From NCBI GenBank assembly GCA_003599505.1, contig QZKO01000018.1, positions 26,280-90,279 of the forward strand: a stretch of DNA of 64,000 nucleotides, read 5' to 3'. This DNA is from Nitrospiraceae bacterium (GTDB lineage: Bacteria > Nitrospirota > Thermodesulfovibrionia > UBA6902). The notes under the pieces are model-generated. The model was not told the origin of the DNA, ran no database searches, and saw only the letters and a program-made list of their open reading frames with translations. Positions 37,878-47,916 of the stretch are shown here, piece by piece (the first letter of the stretch is position 1; each line of letters begins with the position of its first letter). Both the position numbers and the translations under genes were made by a program.

Positions 37878-38188
37878 TTCCCTTCCGCCTTCATCCTCAA
37901 CCTGAATTTATCGAATTTGTTTTGAAAGGGCTCGCTGCCGGGCAATTCGAGCTCGCCTTCGGCGAAGGATTTAAGGAGCCTCATCTCGTTGGACGTCACT
38001 CCCAATATCAGGACCTCCTTTCCCACTTTCAGGGCCGCGACTCCCTTCTTGGGACCGAACGGCTGGTAACCGACGATGCTCATGAAACCGGTCCTGTTCT
38101 GTTTCTTTTTAAAGAAAAAACCCGCGGCTGCAATCAGGATGATTACGAAAAGCAGCGCCGCAGCCGTCTGGATATACGTCGCCGTCAT
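37874..38188 (-). CDS. fliO: Flagellar protein FliO
   Basis: N-terminal TM, LILGVT; between fliN and fliP. Confidence 0.88.
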   Translation of the reverse strand: MTATYIQTAAALLFVIILIAAAGFFFKKKQNRTGFMSIVGYQPFGPKKGVAALKVGKEVLILGVTSNEMRLLKSFAEGELELPGSEPFQNKFDKFRLRMKAEGK

Positions 38189-38517
38189 TTCAGTTGACTC
38201 AGCCTTTCTGTCGGGCTTATGATGTCGGTAAGCCTTACGCCGAATTTTTCATTGACCACAACAACTTCTCCCCTCGCTATAAGCCTGCTGTTTGCCAGTA
38301 TCTCCATCGGCTCGCCCGCCAGCTTTTCAAGCTCGACAATAGACCCCTGACCGAGCTGCAACAGCTCCTTTATCAGCATCTTTGTCTTTCCGATCTGGAC
38401 ACTCAGCTCGACAGGGATATCAAGCAGAAATTCTATGTCCCTTATCGCCGCCGCGGCCTTCTGGCTGTTTTCGTCCTTCAGGTTCTCAAATTCATGTTCC
38501 TGCACATCCTGGCTCAT
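38185..38517 (-). CDS. fliN: Motor switch protein FliN
   Basis: LLDIPVELSVQIG, LGQGSIVEL, GEVVVV. Confidence 0.96.
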   Translation of the reverse strand: MSQDVQEHEFENLKDENSQKAAAAIRDIEFLLDIPVELSVQIGKTKMLIKELLQLGQGSIVELEKLAGEPMEILANSRLIARGEVVVVNEKFGVRLTDIISPTERLSQLK

Positions 38518-38537
38518 TTATTACTCCTTTCTTTTTC

Positions 38538-39515
38538 TCAGTATTCGGCAAACCCGGTCAATTTCAACGCCTGGTTTCCCCTGCTTATGCCGGGGGTCCC
38601 CTTGAACTTCGGTGAGTGTTCAACATTCATCAGGAGTTCTTCCCTGACCGATTTTCCGATATTAATGACGGTCCCTTTTTCAAAGTTCATAATGTCCTTG
38701 AAATTGACGGTAATGCTCCCCAGCTCCACGGTCACGTTTACAAACATCTCCATCAGGTTTGCTTTCATCACCTGCGCCCATCTCTTGTCCGTCTCAAACT
38801 TGTCCCCGTGTATTCCGGAATAAAGTTTTTCCTTGATCGGCTCCACCATCGCGTAAGGGATACAGAAGAGCATCTTGCCCGCGAAGTCTTCAATCTCGAT
38901 CAGCACCTCGATGCTTATTACGATTTCCGGCGGCGTAACAATGGTAACGAACTGCGGGTTTATCTCGGAGCTTATATATTCCGTCTGCAGGGGGCACAGC
39001 TCGCTCCACGAGGAGCCCAGGTCTTTTAATGCCATTTTTACGACTTTCTGGATCACCCTCTGCTCAATAGCGGTAAAGGCCCTCCCCTCGGATTTGATAT
39101 TCTTTGCGTTGGCCCCCCCGAAGAAAAACTCGATTATGGCAAATACAAGGGGGGCCTCAAAAACGAGCAGGGAATATCCCCTGAGCGGGTCCATCTTGAA
39201 AATATTTATACTCGAAGGCACCGGGATCGTCTTGATAAAATCGCCGAACTTGATGACTTCCACAGTCTGTACGCTGATATCGATGAATTTCATAAGGAGT
39301 GAAGACACGGAGCTTCTGAACAGCCTCGCGAAGTTCTGGTTCGCTATTTCAAGGCCGGGCATACGGCCGCGGATAATCCTCTCCTGGTTTGTAAAATCAT
39401 AGGTCCTGACCCCGCCGATTATTTTATCGCGGGCTTCTTCAGTGTCTATTTCGCCTGAAGCCACCCCTTTTAACAGGGCGTCGACTTCATCCTGTGAAAG
39501 TATTTTGTCCGTCAT
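38538..39515 (-). CDS. fliM: Motor switch protein FliM
   Basis: ILSQDEVDALL CheY-binding peptide, FFGG, EINPQF. Confidence 0.96.
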   Translation of the reverse strand: MTDKILSQDEVDALLKGVASGEIDTEEARDKIIGGVRTYDFTNQERIIRGRMPGLEIANQNFARLFRSSVSSLLMKFIDISVQTVEVIKFGDFIKTIPVPSSINIFKMDPLRGYSLLVFEAPLVFAIIEFFFGGANAKNIKSEGRAFTAIEQRVIQKVVKMALKDLGSSWSELCPLQTEYISSEINPQFVTIVTPPEIVISIEVLIEIEDFAGKMLFCIPYAMVEPIKEKLYSGIHGDKFETDKRWAQVMKANLMEMFVNVTVELGSITVNFKDIMNFEKGTVINIGKSVREELLMNVEHSPKFKGTPGISRGNQALKLTGFAEY

Positions 39516-40009
39516 TGCATTACAAATTCGGTAAAATAAAGGTTTTTAAAAGCGTCCTTTTCCATGCCCATTATCTGGTTGGCCCTGAAAAGTATCTCGT
39601 CTTTCAACTGGAACTTTCCCTCCGGGCTCGATATTGAAGCGAGTGATTTACTGCTTACAAGGGTGATAATTGTGTCTCTCAATTGAGGGGTCCTTTCTTT
39701 TACGGTTTCTTCCAGTATGTTGTCGGACAGCTCGAATTGGACAGTCACCTTGAGGTAGCGGCCGTGCTCTGAGAGATTCAGGACAAAAGGATCAAGGGCC
39801 GCAATGACCGTCTTGCCTGTTTTCTGCTCTTTATGATCTGCCGTATCGTCTCCGCCTTTGCCCGCGAATAATTTATATCCGGCGAACCCGCCGGCGCCCA
39901 GCACAAGAGAGACGGCAACGATTATAATGAGCAGTTTTTTGTTGCCTTTCTTTTTCTTTGTCTCTTCTTCAGGCCTTTCAACCTGTATTTCATCTTTTTC
40001 TTCTGCCAT
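39512..40009 (-). CDS. fliL: Basal body protein FliL
   Basis: TM, FVLNL..RYLK, PQLRD, YFTEFVMQ. Confidence 0.94.
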   Translation of the reverse strand: MAEEKDEIQVERPEEETKKKKGNKKLLIIIVAVSLVLGAGGFAGYKLFAGKGGDDTADHKEQKTGKTVIAALDPFVLNLSEHGRYLKVTVQFELSDNILEETVKERTPQLRDTIITLVSSKSLASISSPEGKFQLKDEILFRANQIMGMEKDAFKNLYFTEFVMQ

Positions 40010-40096
40010 GCTCTAAACCCTCCGGATTGTTTACCTGTTCAGTCTTCCTGTTGACTTTCGTAACCAAGTTCACAACTCATCTTCTTTTTTTATATA

Positions 40097-40111
40097 TCAA
40101 ATATCGTGCCT
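40097..40111 (-). promoter_or_regulatory. Degenerate sigma54 promoter of the fliL operon
   Basis: AGGCAC-GATAT-TTGA (GA instead of GC at -12). Confidence 0.5.
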
Positions 40112-40155
40112 GTTCCAATCCCTTGATAAATATAGTGTTCCGGTCCGTCCATAAT

Positions 40156-40169
40156 GTCAAAATAATGAC
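40156..40169. promoter_or_regulatory. GTCA-N6-TGAC box upstream of fliL
   Basis: GTCAAAATAATGAC. Confidence 0.45.
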
Positions 40170-40191
40170 CTTAAGATGGATACTTGGCTCC

Positions 40192-40219
40192 TAAAGAAAT
40201 GTAGTCCGGTTGCCGATAC
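40192..40219 (+). promoter_or_regulatory. Sigma28 promoter of the diguanylate cyclase gene
   Basis: TAAA-N16-GCCGATAC. Confidence 0.7.
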
Positions 40220-40260
40220 GTCTATAGTACAAAACAAATTTTGTCCAAAAGGGGATATTA

Positions 40261-41559
40261 ATGAATACGGAAACCGCGCCGAAAGACATCGATATAGCGT
40301 CATTCGAAGAGAAAGTTTACCTGATTTCGGATGAATTGCTCGGCATACTCAAAGAGCTGTCAAGGGACAACCAGAAACAGATAAACAGCAAACTGATTGC
40401 CGATAAGATGTCAAAAAGTGAAAGTGTTAAAAAAGCGCTGGCTGATAACAGCAGCGCGACCACCGGCAATGATATTGTCGGGCTGGAGAAAATAGCTGAT
40501 ACAGTCATTGAAAAGCTCTCGGAGATTGTTCCTCCTCATATAATTGAAAATTTAAGCGCTATAAAAGGCCTGTCTAATAACAAAGGCGTCCCTGGAAATT
40601 CGATGGACTGGCTGGACTCTCCGGTCGGCATACTGAAAAAATATATCGATTCCCTCTCAGCCCGGAACAAGGAACTTGAAGATTTTATGAAACAGACATT
40701 GGGGCATCTCTCAGCCATCGAAAGTCCTCTTGAGAGCGAATTATCTTCACAACAGCAGAGATTCAGGGAAGACAAGGACTTTGAAAATGATTTGTCCCAA
40801 TATATTAATAAAATGCGGGACGAATGCAATACTTATAATGACATCAACCTTCTTAAAGCGGCCTTTCTGGGCAAAATAGAAAATATCAACAGGGGCTTTG
40901 AAAAAAAGAGGGAGAGAGACATCCTGCGGCTGAAAGAGACTGAAACGACCCTCAATAAAATGAGAGAGCGGATGAATGAAGTCAAACGTGAAGCCGACGC
41001 AATAAGAAAGAAAGCCGAGGAGATTGAAATAGAGTCCTATCGCGATTCCCTCACCGGGCTCCATAACCGCAGGGCATATGATGAGCGGATGACCGAGACC
41101 CTGGCAAATGTCGGGAGATACGGCGTTACAGCGTCATTAATGGTATGCGACATAGACTTCTTCAAAAAAATAAATGATAACTTCGGTCATAAAATAGGAG
41201 ACCTGGCCCTGAAAAAACTCGCGGACCTCCTCAGGGAACGGCTCAGAAAAAACGATTTCATCGCGAGATATGGGGGCGAAGAGTTTGTCATTATCCTGCC
41301 GCATACCGACATCAAAGGGGCGCTTGTTGCCGCTGAAGGGGTCCGGTCTTATATTGCGAAATCGGTCTTTTCATACAGAAACCAGAGAATACCCCTTACG
41401 ATCAGCGTGGGCGTCGGTTCATTTAAAAACGGCGATGACGCGGCAGTTATATTTGAAAGAGCCGACCAGGCCCTTTATCTCGCGAAGAAATCAGGCCGGA
41501 ATGCCGTAAAGACCGAAACCGACCTGACCGCGCAATACGAAGCGGTCCCACATGAATAA
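40261..41559 (+). CDS. Cytoplasmic diguanylate cyclase (helical/coiled coil plus GGDEF)
   Basis: DSLTGLHNRR, DIDFFKKIND.FGH, RKND I-site, RYGGEEF. Confidence 0.93.
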   Translation: MNTETAPKDIDIASFEEKVYLISDELLGILKELSRDNQKQINSKLIADKMSKSESVKKALADNSSATTGNDIVGLEKIADTVIEKLSEIVPPHIIENLSAIKGLSNNKGVPGNSMDWLDSPVGILKKYIDSLSARNKELEDFMKQTLGHLSAIESPLESELSSQQQRFREDKDFENDLSQYINKMRDECNTYNDINLLKAAFLGKIENINRGFEKKRERDILRLKETETTLNKMRERMNEVKREADAIRKKAEEIEIESYRDSLTGLHNRRAYDERMTETLANVGRYGVTASLMVCDIDFFKKINDNFGHKIGDLALKKLADLLRERLRKNDFIARYGGEEFVIILPHTDIKGALVAAEGVRSYIAKSVFSYRNQRIPLTISVGVGSFKNGDDAAVIFERADQALYLAKKSGRNAVKTETDLTAQYEAVPHE

Positions 41560-41566
41560 CCCCGGC

Positions 41567-41594
41567 TAAAGTAATAATCCCGAAGTTCCGATAA
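41567..41594 (+). promoter_or_regulatory. Sigma28 promoter of the chemotaxis operon
   Basis: TAAA-N16-TCCGATAA. Confidence 0.65.
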
Positions 41595-41657
41595 TTATGC
41601 ATATAGAAGAGTGGGACCGTTATATAGTTATTGCATCAGATAAATGCGGGGTATGAA

Positions 41658-43082
41658 ATGCATAAAGCAAAATTTTCATCTCTTATAAAGAACCTCGGGC
41701 ACCCTGACGCCTCTAAAAGACGGGCCGCCGCAGAAGCCCTGGCAGAAGGGGATGAAAGGGCCGTCTATCCTCTGATCAAGGCCCTCAGAGATAATAATTA
41801 CGGAGTACAGGACGCCGCGATCAATTCGCTCAAGCAGATAAGAGAAGAAGTCACGGCTTATATGGTGCTGCCGCTCCTCAGGGAAGACGCTTTTCTGAGA
41901 AATACCGCGTTGATGATACTGAGAGAATTCGGGCCAATGACCGTTCCCCTCCTCCCTCTCTTGCTGAAAGATAAGGATGACGACATAAGGAAGTTCGCGC
42001 TGGACCTTATTCATGACATTCAATACTGCGGCTATCCTGAAAAACTGACTGAAATGCTCATTAACGACCCCAACCCGAATGTGAGAGCGTCTACCGCAAG
42101 CACCCTGGGCGTCCTGCGCCGCAAGGAAGCCGTCCCGCAGCTTGTTGAAGCGCTGCGCGATGAGGAATGGGTATGTTTTTCGGCCCTCGAAGCGCTTTCG
42201 GAAATGAAAGACGAGAGATCTCTTGGTCCCATCATTGCCCTCCTGGATAACCCCTCCGGGGCCATCAGGCTTGCAGCCATTGAAACCCTCGGCAAATTCG
42301 GTTCACAGAAGGTGGAACAAGCTTTGACCGGGCACATACCGAAATCGGAAGGCCTGGAAAAGAAAGTGACTTTGATAAATCTTGTCAGGGCGGGAGAGCC
42401 GCCTCCCTTGCCCGGCATATCCGACGATCTTATAGACATACTGATAAACGGCGAATGGGACGAGAAGTTCGTCGCCATTAAAGGCCTTCTGTTCCTGAGA
42501 GAAGCGCGCGCGATCTATCATATGCTGGATATTGCCGGGGCGATCGATTTTTCCGACCCTGACAGGGAAGATAAAATACAGGCTATCAAAGAGGCAGTCA
42601 TCTGTTACGGATGCGATGACCTCCTCCTGAAAATCCTTGATGACGATACCATGAAATACAGGGGAAAAGCACTGGCCGTTGAGATAGCCGGAGAATTAAA
42701 ATGCAGGTCTGTAGTCAAGTCTCTTATACGCCTCATAAAAAGCGATTTCAGAGACGTAAGGAGGGCCAGCGCGTATTCTCTGGGGCAGATGGAAACCGGA
42801 GAAGCCACTGAACACCTGATCGAAGCGGCCGATGACTATGACAGTCACGTCAGGAAGTCGGCCGTGATAGCCCTCGGCAAGATAGGCGATATGGCCGCGT
42901 TTGAACCTCTGATGAAACTGCTCCGCAAGGAAGCCTACCATGATATAACCGATGAGCTCATAAACTCGCTCCTTCATATCAACACCACGCTGTTTCTGTC
43001 GCGCATCGGAGAATTCAACGACCATATAAAGACAGTCGCTGCAAGATGGTCCCCGGAATACAAACCGGAGGTCCCATGCTGA
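41658..43082 (+). CDS. HEAT/PBS-lyase repeat protein
   Basis: Repeated L..L.D....VR..A..ALG units. Confidence 0.9.
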   Translation: MHKAKFSSLIKNLGHPDASKRRAAAEALAEGDERAVYPLIKALRDNNYGVQDAAINSLKQIREEVTAYMVLPLLREDAFLRNTALMILREFGPMTVPLLPLLLKDKDDDIRKFALDLIHDIQYCGYPEKLTEMLINDPNPNVRASTASTLGVLRRKEAVPQLVEALRDEEWVCFSALEALSEMKDERSLGPIIALLDNPSGAIRLAAIETLGKFGSQKVEQALTGHIPKSEGLEKKVTLINLVRAGEPPPLPGISDDLIDILINGEWDEKFVAIKGLLFLREARAIYHMLDIAGAIDFSDPDREDKIQAIKEAVICYGCDDLLLKILDDDTMKYRGKALAVEIAGELKCRSVVKSLIRLIKSDFRDVRRASAYSLGQMETGEATEHLIEAADDYDSHVRKSAVIALGKIGDMAAFEPLMKLLRKEAYHDITDELINSLLHINTTLFLSRIGEFNDHIKTVAARWSPEYKPEVPC

Positions 43083-43894
43083 ATATTCCCCTTCAGGACT
43101 CCACGTTTCAGGGGCTGCGCGACCATATCTATGAAAAGAGTGGAATTTACATCGCCGACACAAAAAAATACCTTATCGAGAACAGGCTCGCGAGGATCCT
43201 GCAGGAAAAAAACCTGAAAAGCTACGAAGATTATCTGAAACTTATAAAATTCAGCCTCAACGGCAATGAGCTCAGCAGGCTGCTGGACGCGGTAACGACA
43301 AACGAGACCTATTTCTTCAGGGAACCGGACCAGCTTAATATTTTTGTAAACGAGATAATGCCCAAACTGCTGATGCAAAAGAAGCACGCCGTCAGGATCT
43401 GGTCTGCCGCCTGTTCATCCGGCGAAGAGCCGTATACGCTTGCCATGATGCTGCTGCAAAAAGGTTACAGTCCGAAACAGTTCGAGATAACAGGCTCTGA
43501 TATAAGCGAATCCGTACTGGAGGCCGCCAGAAAAGCCGTCTATAATTCATATTCCGTCAGAAATATTCCCGAGCCTTTCCTTAATAAATATTTTTCCGGC
43601 AGCGAACAAAAGTTCGCCCTCAATGAATCCGTCAGGAATATGGTCCGGTTCATGAAGGTAAATCTCGTTGATGACAAAAACATAAAATCCCTCCGCCATA
43701 TGGACGCGGTCCTCTGCCGGAATGTTCTTATCTATTTTGACGTAAAATCAAAACAGAAAGTCGTCTCGCATCTGTACGATTGCCTGAATGACGGGGGCCA
43801 TCTTTTCATAGGGGCCTCTGAAAGCCTGCATAATGTCACAAGGGCCTTCAGGCCGAATGTTTTAAACAAGGTAATAGTTTATCAAAAGGGGTGA
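43076..43894 (+). CDS. cheR: Chemotaxis methyltransferase
   Basis: TTNETYFFRE, IWSAACSSGEEPY, CRNVLIYF. Confidence 0.96.
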   Translation: MLNIPLQDSTFQGLRDHIYEKSGIYIADTKKYLIENRLARILQEKNLKSYEDYLKLIKFSLNGNELSRLLDAVTTNETYFFREPDQLNIFVNEIMPKLLMQKKHAVRIWSAACSSGEEPYTLAMMLLQKGYSPKQFEITGSDISESVLEAARKAVYNSYSVRNIPEPFLNKYFSGSEQKFALNESVRNMVRFMKVNLVDDKNIKSLRHMDAVLCRNVLIYFDVKSKQKVVSHLYDCLNDGGHLFIGASESLHNVTRAFRPNVLNKVIVYQKG

Positions 43895-43940
43895 AAACCG
43901 ATATGCTGACGGACAACAAATATTTCTTAGGGGTGATTCC

Positions 43941-44318
43941 ATGAAAATAATGATCGTTGATGATTGCCAGACAACAAGAAAACTGCTGGGACATTACCTG
44001 AAAGCGCGCGGGTTTTCGGTCGTGTTCGCTGAAAACGGTCTTGACGCCCTTGAAAAGCTCGGGGCGGACAAGGTGAGCCTCATAATGACGGACCTGAATA
44101 TGCCGTATATGGATGGAATAGAATTCATCAGGGCCGTAAAGTCGGACCCCAACCTGTCTCATATCCCGGTCCTGATGGTCACGACCGAAAATGACACCGT
44201 GGAGAAGGAGCGCGCCCTTCATTCCGGGGCAGACGGATATATAGTAAAACCGGTTACCGGAGAGGCCATTGCGGAAAACATCAAAAATATCTTAAAGCAG
44301 ACAGTGATGGGAGGTTGA
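43941..44318 (+). CDS. Single-domain response regulator (CheY-like)
   Basis: VDD, TDLNMP, VTT, KP. Confidence 0.9.
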   Translation: MKIMIVDDCQTTRKLLGHYLKARGFSVVFAENGLDALEKLGADKVSLIMTDLNMPYMDGIEFIRAVKSDPNLSHIPVLMVTTENDTVEKERALHSGADGYIVKPVTGEAIAENIKNILKQTVMGG

Positions 44319-44319
44319 T

Positions 44320-44715
44320 ATGTCAGATTTTAAAATGAAAATCCTTGTTGTCGACGATTTCTCGACCATGAGAAGGATCGTCAAGAATCTCCTGAGACAA
44401 TTGGGATATGAAAACATAGAGGAAGCCGAGGACGGCGCGCAGGCCTTTACAAAGCTTAAACAGGGAGGTTTCGGTTTTGTTGTAAGCGACTGGAACATGC
44501 CGAATATGGACGGCCTGGAGCTTTTAAAGAACGTCCGGAGCGACCCCGAGCTGAAAGACATCCCGATCCTTATGGTGACCGCCGAGGCGGAAAAAGAGAA
44601 AGTCATAACGGCCATACAGGCGGGGGTAAACAACTATGTCGTCAAACCCTTTACAGGCGAAATCCTGAAAGAGAAAATGGACAAGATATTCGAAAGGCTT
44701 CAGGCCCAGCGGTAG
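44320..44715 (+). CDS. cheY: Chemotaxis response regulator
   Basis: [28 protein letters not shown]. Confidence 0.96.
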   Translation: MSDFKMKILVVDDFSTMRRIVKNLLRQLGYENIEEAEDGAQAFTKLKQGGFGFVVSDWNMPNMDGLELLKNVRSDPELKDIPILMVTAEAEKEKVITAIQAGVNNYVVKPFTGEILKEKMDKIFERLQAQR

Positions 44716-44750
44716 GCGATGACAAATAAATATTGCATGGAGATAAATCT

Positions 44751-46595
44751 GTGAACGACGAAATGGAAGAAATCATACAGGAATTCATCACGGAGGCCGA
44801 GGAATCGCTCGAAAAGATAGAGCCGCGCTTTGTCGAGCTTGAGCAGCAGGGTCAAAACACGGACCTTCTTAATGAGATATTCAGGTCCATGCATACGATC
44901 AAGGGCGCCGCGGGTTTTCTTGGATTTCAGTCCATAGTCGACGTTGCTCATGCCTCGGAAAATATAATGAAAAGACTGAGGGACGGAGAAATTGATTTAT
45001 CCAAACCCCTCATGGACGCGATCCTTAAATCCATTGATATGCTCAGGCTTCTGCTCGGGCACCTTAATGAGAAGGACGGCGTTGAGGAAAATGTCGCGCC
45101 CCTGGTGCAGGAGCTGGGCAATGCCCTGAAAGCCACGATGTCGCGGACCGCTACCGGCGACGCTCCATTGCAAAATCCCGCCGCTCCGGCGGCCGCGGTT
45201 ATGCCTGCGGCGCAAATAACTGAACCTGTAAAAACGGAGGAGGACGGGCCGGAGGAGGAAGAGGAGTCTCATATGTCCGGGGCCGTTCAGAAACCTGCGG
45301 AGGCCCCTGCCGGAGCGCCGGAAATCTCAGCGGTTTCAGGCGTGGGCGAACATAAACCCAATGAAATAATACAAACGGCCAAAGATAATATCCAGAAGGC
45401 CCAGAACCTGAGGGTGGACGTCAGCAGGATCGACAAGGTTATGGACCTCGCCGGCGAAGTGGTCCTTGTCAGAAACAGGCTGTTGAATATATCCAACTAT
45501 TTTGATATGAAATATTCCGAAGACCCGATGTCCGAAATCCTGACGGAATCCGTATCTTTCCTGGACCGCATCACTTCCGATATGCAGCTTGCTGTGATGA
45601 AGATGAGGATGCAGCCTATCCAGAAGGTCTTAAGCAAGTTCCCGAGACTTGTGAGAGACATGTCCGCTGCCGTCAATAAAGAAGTTGAATTACAGATATC
45701 CGGAGAAGGCACCGAAGTCGACAAGACGGTAATAGAAAACATCGGCGATCCCCTGACCCACATCCTGAGGAACTCCATCGATCACGGAATTGAGTCCGCG
45801 GAAGAGAGGGTTTCAAAAGGCAAGCCGGCGAAGGGCAGGATAATTATCAGCACATACCAGAAAGGCACGCAGATCGTTATCGAGATTATGGACGACGGAA
45901 AGGGTATCGACCTGGAAAAACTTAAGATGAAAGCCGTTGAAAAGGGGCTCATGACTGAAGAAGAGACCCGGAAAATGTCGGACAAGGACGCAATAGATAT
46001 CATATTCCTGCCGGGTTTCTCCACAAAAGAAGTCGCGACCGAACTCAGCGGACGCGGCGTGGGCATGGATGTCGTGAAGACAAACATATCCATTTTAAAC
46101 GGTTACGTCGAGGTGTCTACCGTGAAAGATGCAGGGACCACGTTCAAGATAAGCATACCGCTTACCCTGGCCATAATCCAGGCATTGATGGTTGAAGTAG
46201 ACGGCGCCAAATACGCCATACCCCTTTCCCCGATAGAAGAGACCCTTAAGGTTATGAAAAAGGAAATCAATAATGTTACAGGTCAGAACGTGATCGTTAT
46301 CCGCGACAAGGTCTGCCCCCTCTTCGACCTCAACAGCATCCTCGGCCTCGGTCTCAACGGTCATGATGATTTTGAATACAAGTATCTCATCGTCATCTCG
46401 ATGGGCGACAGGAAATTCTGCCTGGCTGTCGACCGCCTTGTAGGGCAGGAAGAAGTCGTTATTAAAACACTGAACGGGCTTGATTCGACATCTTCCTACG
46501 TCCTCGGCGCGACCATCACCGGAGACGGCAAGGTCGTTTTCATACTTGACGTAGCGGGAATATCGAGAAACCTTCTTGGGTTGAGCAAGGTATAG
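44751..46595 (+). CDS. cheA: Chemotaxis histidine kinase (no evident P2 domain)
   Basis: FRSMHTIKG, HILRNSIDHG, DDGKG, SGRGVGMDVV, C-terminal CheW-like domain; likely GTG start. Confidence 0.96.
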   Translation: MNDEMEEIIQEFITEAEESLEKIEPRFVELEQQGQNTDLLNEIFRSMHTIKGAAGFLGFQSIVDVAHASENIMKRLRDGEIDLSKPLMDAILKSIDMLRLLLGHLNEKDGVEENVAPLVQELGNALKATMSRTATGDAPLQNPAAPAAAVMPAAQITEPVKTEEDGPEEEEESHMSGAVQKPAEAPAGAPEISAVSGVGEHKPNEIIQTAKDNIQKAQNLRVDVSRIDKVMDLAGEVVLVRNRLLNISNYFDMKYSEDPMSEILTESVSFLDRITSDMQLAVMKMRMQPIQKVLSKFPRLVRDMSAAVNKEVELQISGEGTEVDKTVIENIGDPLTHILRNSIDHGIESAEERVSKGKPAKGRIIISTYQKGTQIVIEIMDDGKGIDLEKLKMKAVEKGLMTEEETRKMSDKDAIDIIFLPGFSTKEVATELSGRGVGMDVVKTNISILNGYVEVSTVKDAGTTFKISIPLTLAIIQALMVEVDGAKYAIPLSPIEETLKVMKKEINNVTGQNVIVIRDKVCPLFDLNSILGLGLNGHDDFEYKYLIVISMGDRKFCLAVDRLVGQEEVVIKTLNGLDSTSSYVLGATITGDGKVVFILDVAGISRNLLGLSKV

Positions 46596-46609
46596 AACAG
46601 GAGGCGTTT

Positions 46610-47848
46610 ATGCAGCAATACATAGGCTTCAATCTGAATGACAACGAGTTCATGATCCCCATACTGAAGGTGCGTGAAATCATCACAATGCCTTCCATAA
46701 CCAATTTACCGCAACTGCCGGACTATATAAAAGGAGTAACAAATCTCAGAGGGACCGTTATCCCGGTTGTAAATCTGAAGAACCTCCTCAATTCAACCGT
46801 CAACGGAGACTGCGGAAAAACGGTCATAGTCGTTTCCGCAGGGAAAATAACTTACGGCATAATAGTCGACGGCATCACCGGGGTCGTCAAGGTGAATGAG
46901 TCGGATATTGAACAACCCGATCAGATCATCAGCGGTAACGCCGACCTGCTCGAAGGCGTGGCAAAGCTCGACAACAGGCTGATTGTCCTGCTTAACACCA
47001 AAAAGATACTTCCCGTGGATGACCTGGACCTGCTTGAAGAGACGATCATAAACGTAAATACATCCGGAAACGGGGACAACGTTGAAGTCCTCAGGGAAAT
47101 AGACACCATCGGCGGGAAAGTCACTGTTAAGGAAGTAAAGAACGCAAAGGACTTTTTCAGCGGCAAATTTGACGCGAAAGACCCCAAAAACCGCGTATTC
47201 GAGCTGATGCTGGATTTTATGGACTGCGTGGCTTCCAATGATTACCGGAAGATGGACGGAGTCGTCGAACAACTTTTGAGGGCGACGGACAGCGACCTGT
47301 TCAGGGAACTGGGCAAGATAACGCGAAGGCTCCATGATTCCCTTGAAGAATTCAGGGGCTCCATAAACAACGGCCTGCAGAGGATTACGGAAAATGACGT
47401 CCCCAACGCTGTCGACAACCTCCAGTTCGTGATCAAAAAAACCGAGGATGCGGCCAATAAAACAATGGGCATTGTCGAAAGGTATTTCGAGGAATCGAAT
47501 GATTTTTCAAATCATGTAGAGGAAATAAAAGGCCATGATGAATCAGTCGCTTATCTCAGGACGTTCAAGGATTCAATGGATAATGACATGACCCAGATCC
47601 TTACGGCCCAGCAGTTTCAGGACATCACAGGGCAGACCATCAAGAAGGTCATCGACCTTGTAAATCATGTGGAAGTTGAGCTTTTAAGGCTGATAACAAA
47701 GTTCGGCATGATGATAAAGCCCGAAGCGGATAAAGCAGCGGCCCTTGCCATATCGGGGCAGAGTGAAGCGCTTGAGGAGCCGGGGAAATCAGCGGTAAAA
47801 GTTACGCAGTCCGATGTCGAGTCGCTGCTGAATGAGTTCGGTTTTTAG
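46610..47848 (+). CDS. CheW-CheZ fusion protein
   Basis: Residues ~1-135 CheW (GVTNLRGTVIPVVNL, GIIVD); C-half CheZ (LQFVIKKTEDAANKTM, AQQFQDITGQTIKKV, terminal QSDVESLLNEFGF). Confidence 0.88.
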   Translation: MQQYIGFNLNDNEFMIPILKVREIITMPSITNLPQLPDYIKGVTNLRGTVIPVVNLKNLLNSTVNGDCGKTVIVVSAGKITYGIIVDGITGVVKVNESDIEQPDQIISGNADLLEGVAKLDNRLIVLLNTKKILPVDDLDLLEETIINVNTSGNGDNVEVLREIDTIGGKVTVKEVKNAKDFFSGKFDAKDPKNRVFELMLDFMDCVASNDYRKMDGVVEQLLRATDSDLFRELGKITRRLHDSLEEFRGSINNGLQRITENDVPNAVDNLQFVIKKTEDAANKTMGIVERYFEESNDFSNHVEEIKGHDESVAYLRTFKDSMDNDMTQILTAQQFQDITGQTIKKVIDLVNHVEVELLRLITKFGMMIKPEADKAAALAISGQSEALEEPGKSAVKVTQSDVESLLNEFGF

Positions 47849-47916
47849 CCACAGAGAACACGGAGGTCTTTCTCTGTGTCTCAGTGACTCTGTGTTAATA
47901 AAGGAGGAGGAACAAC

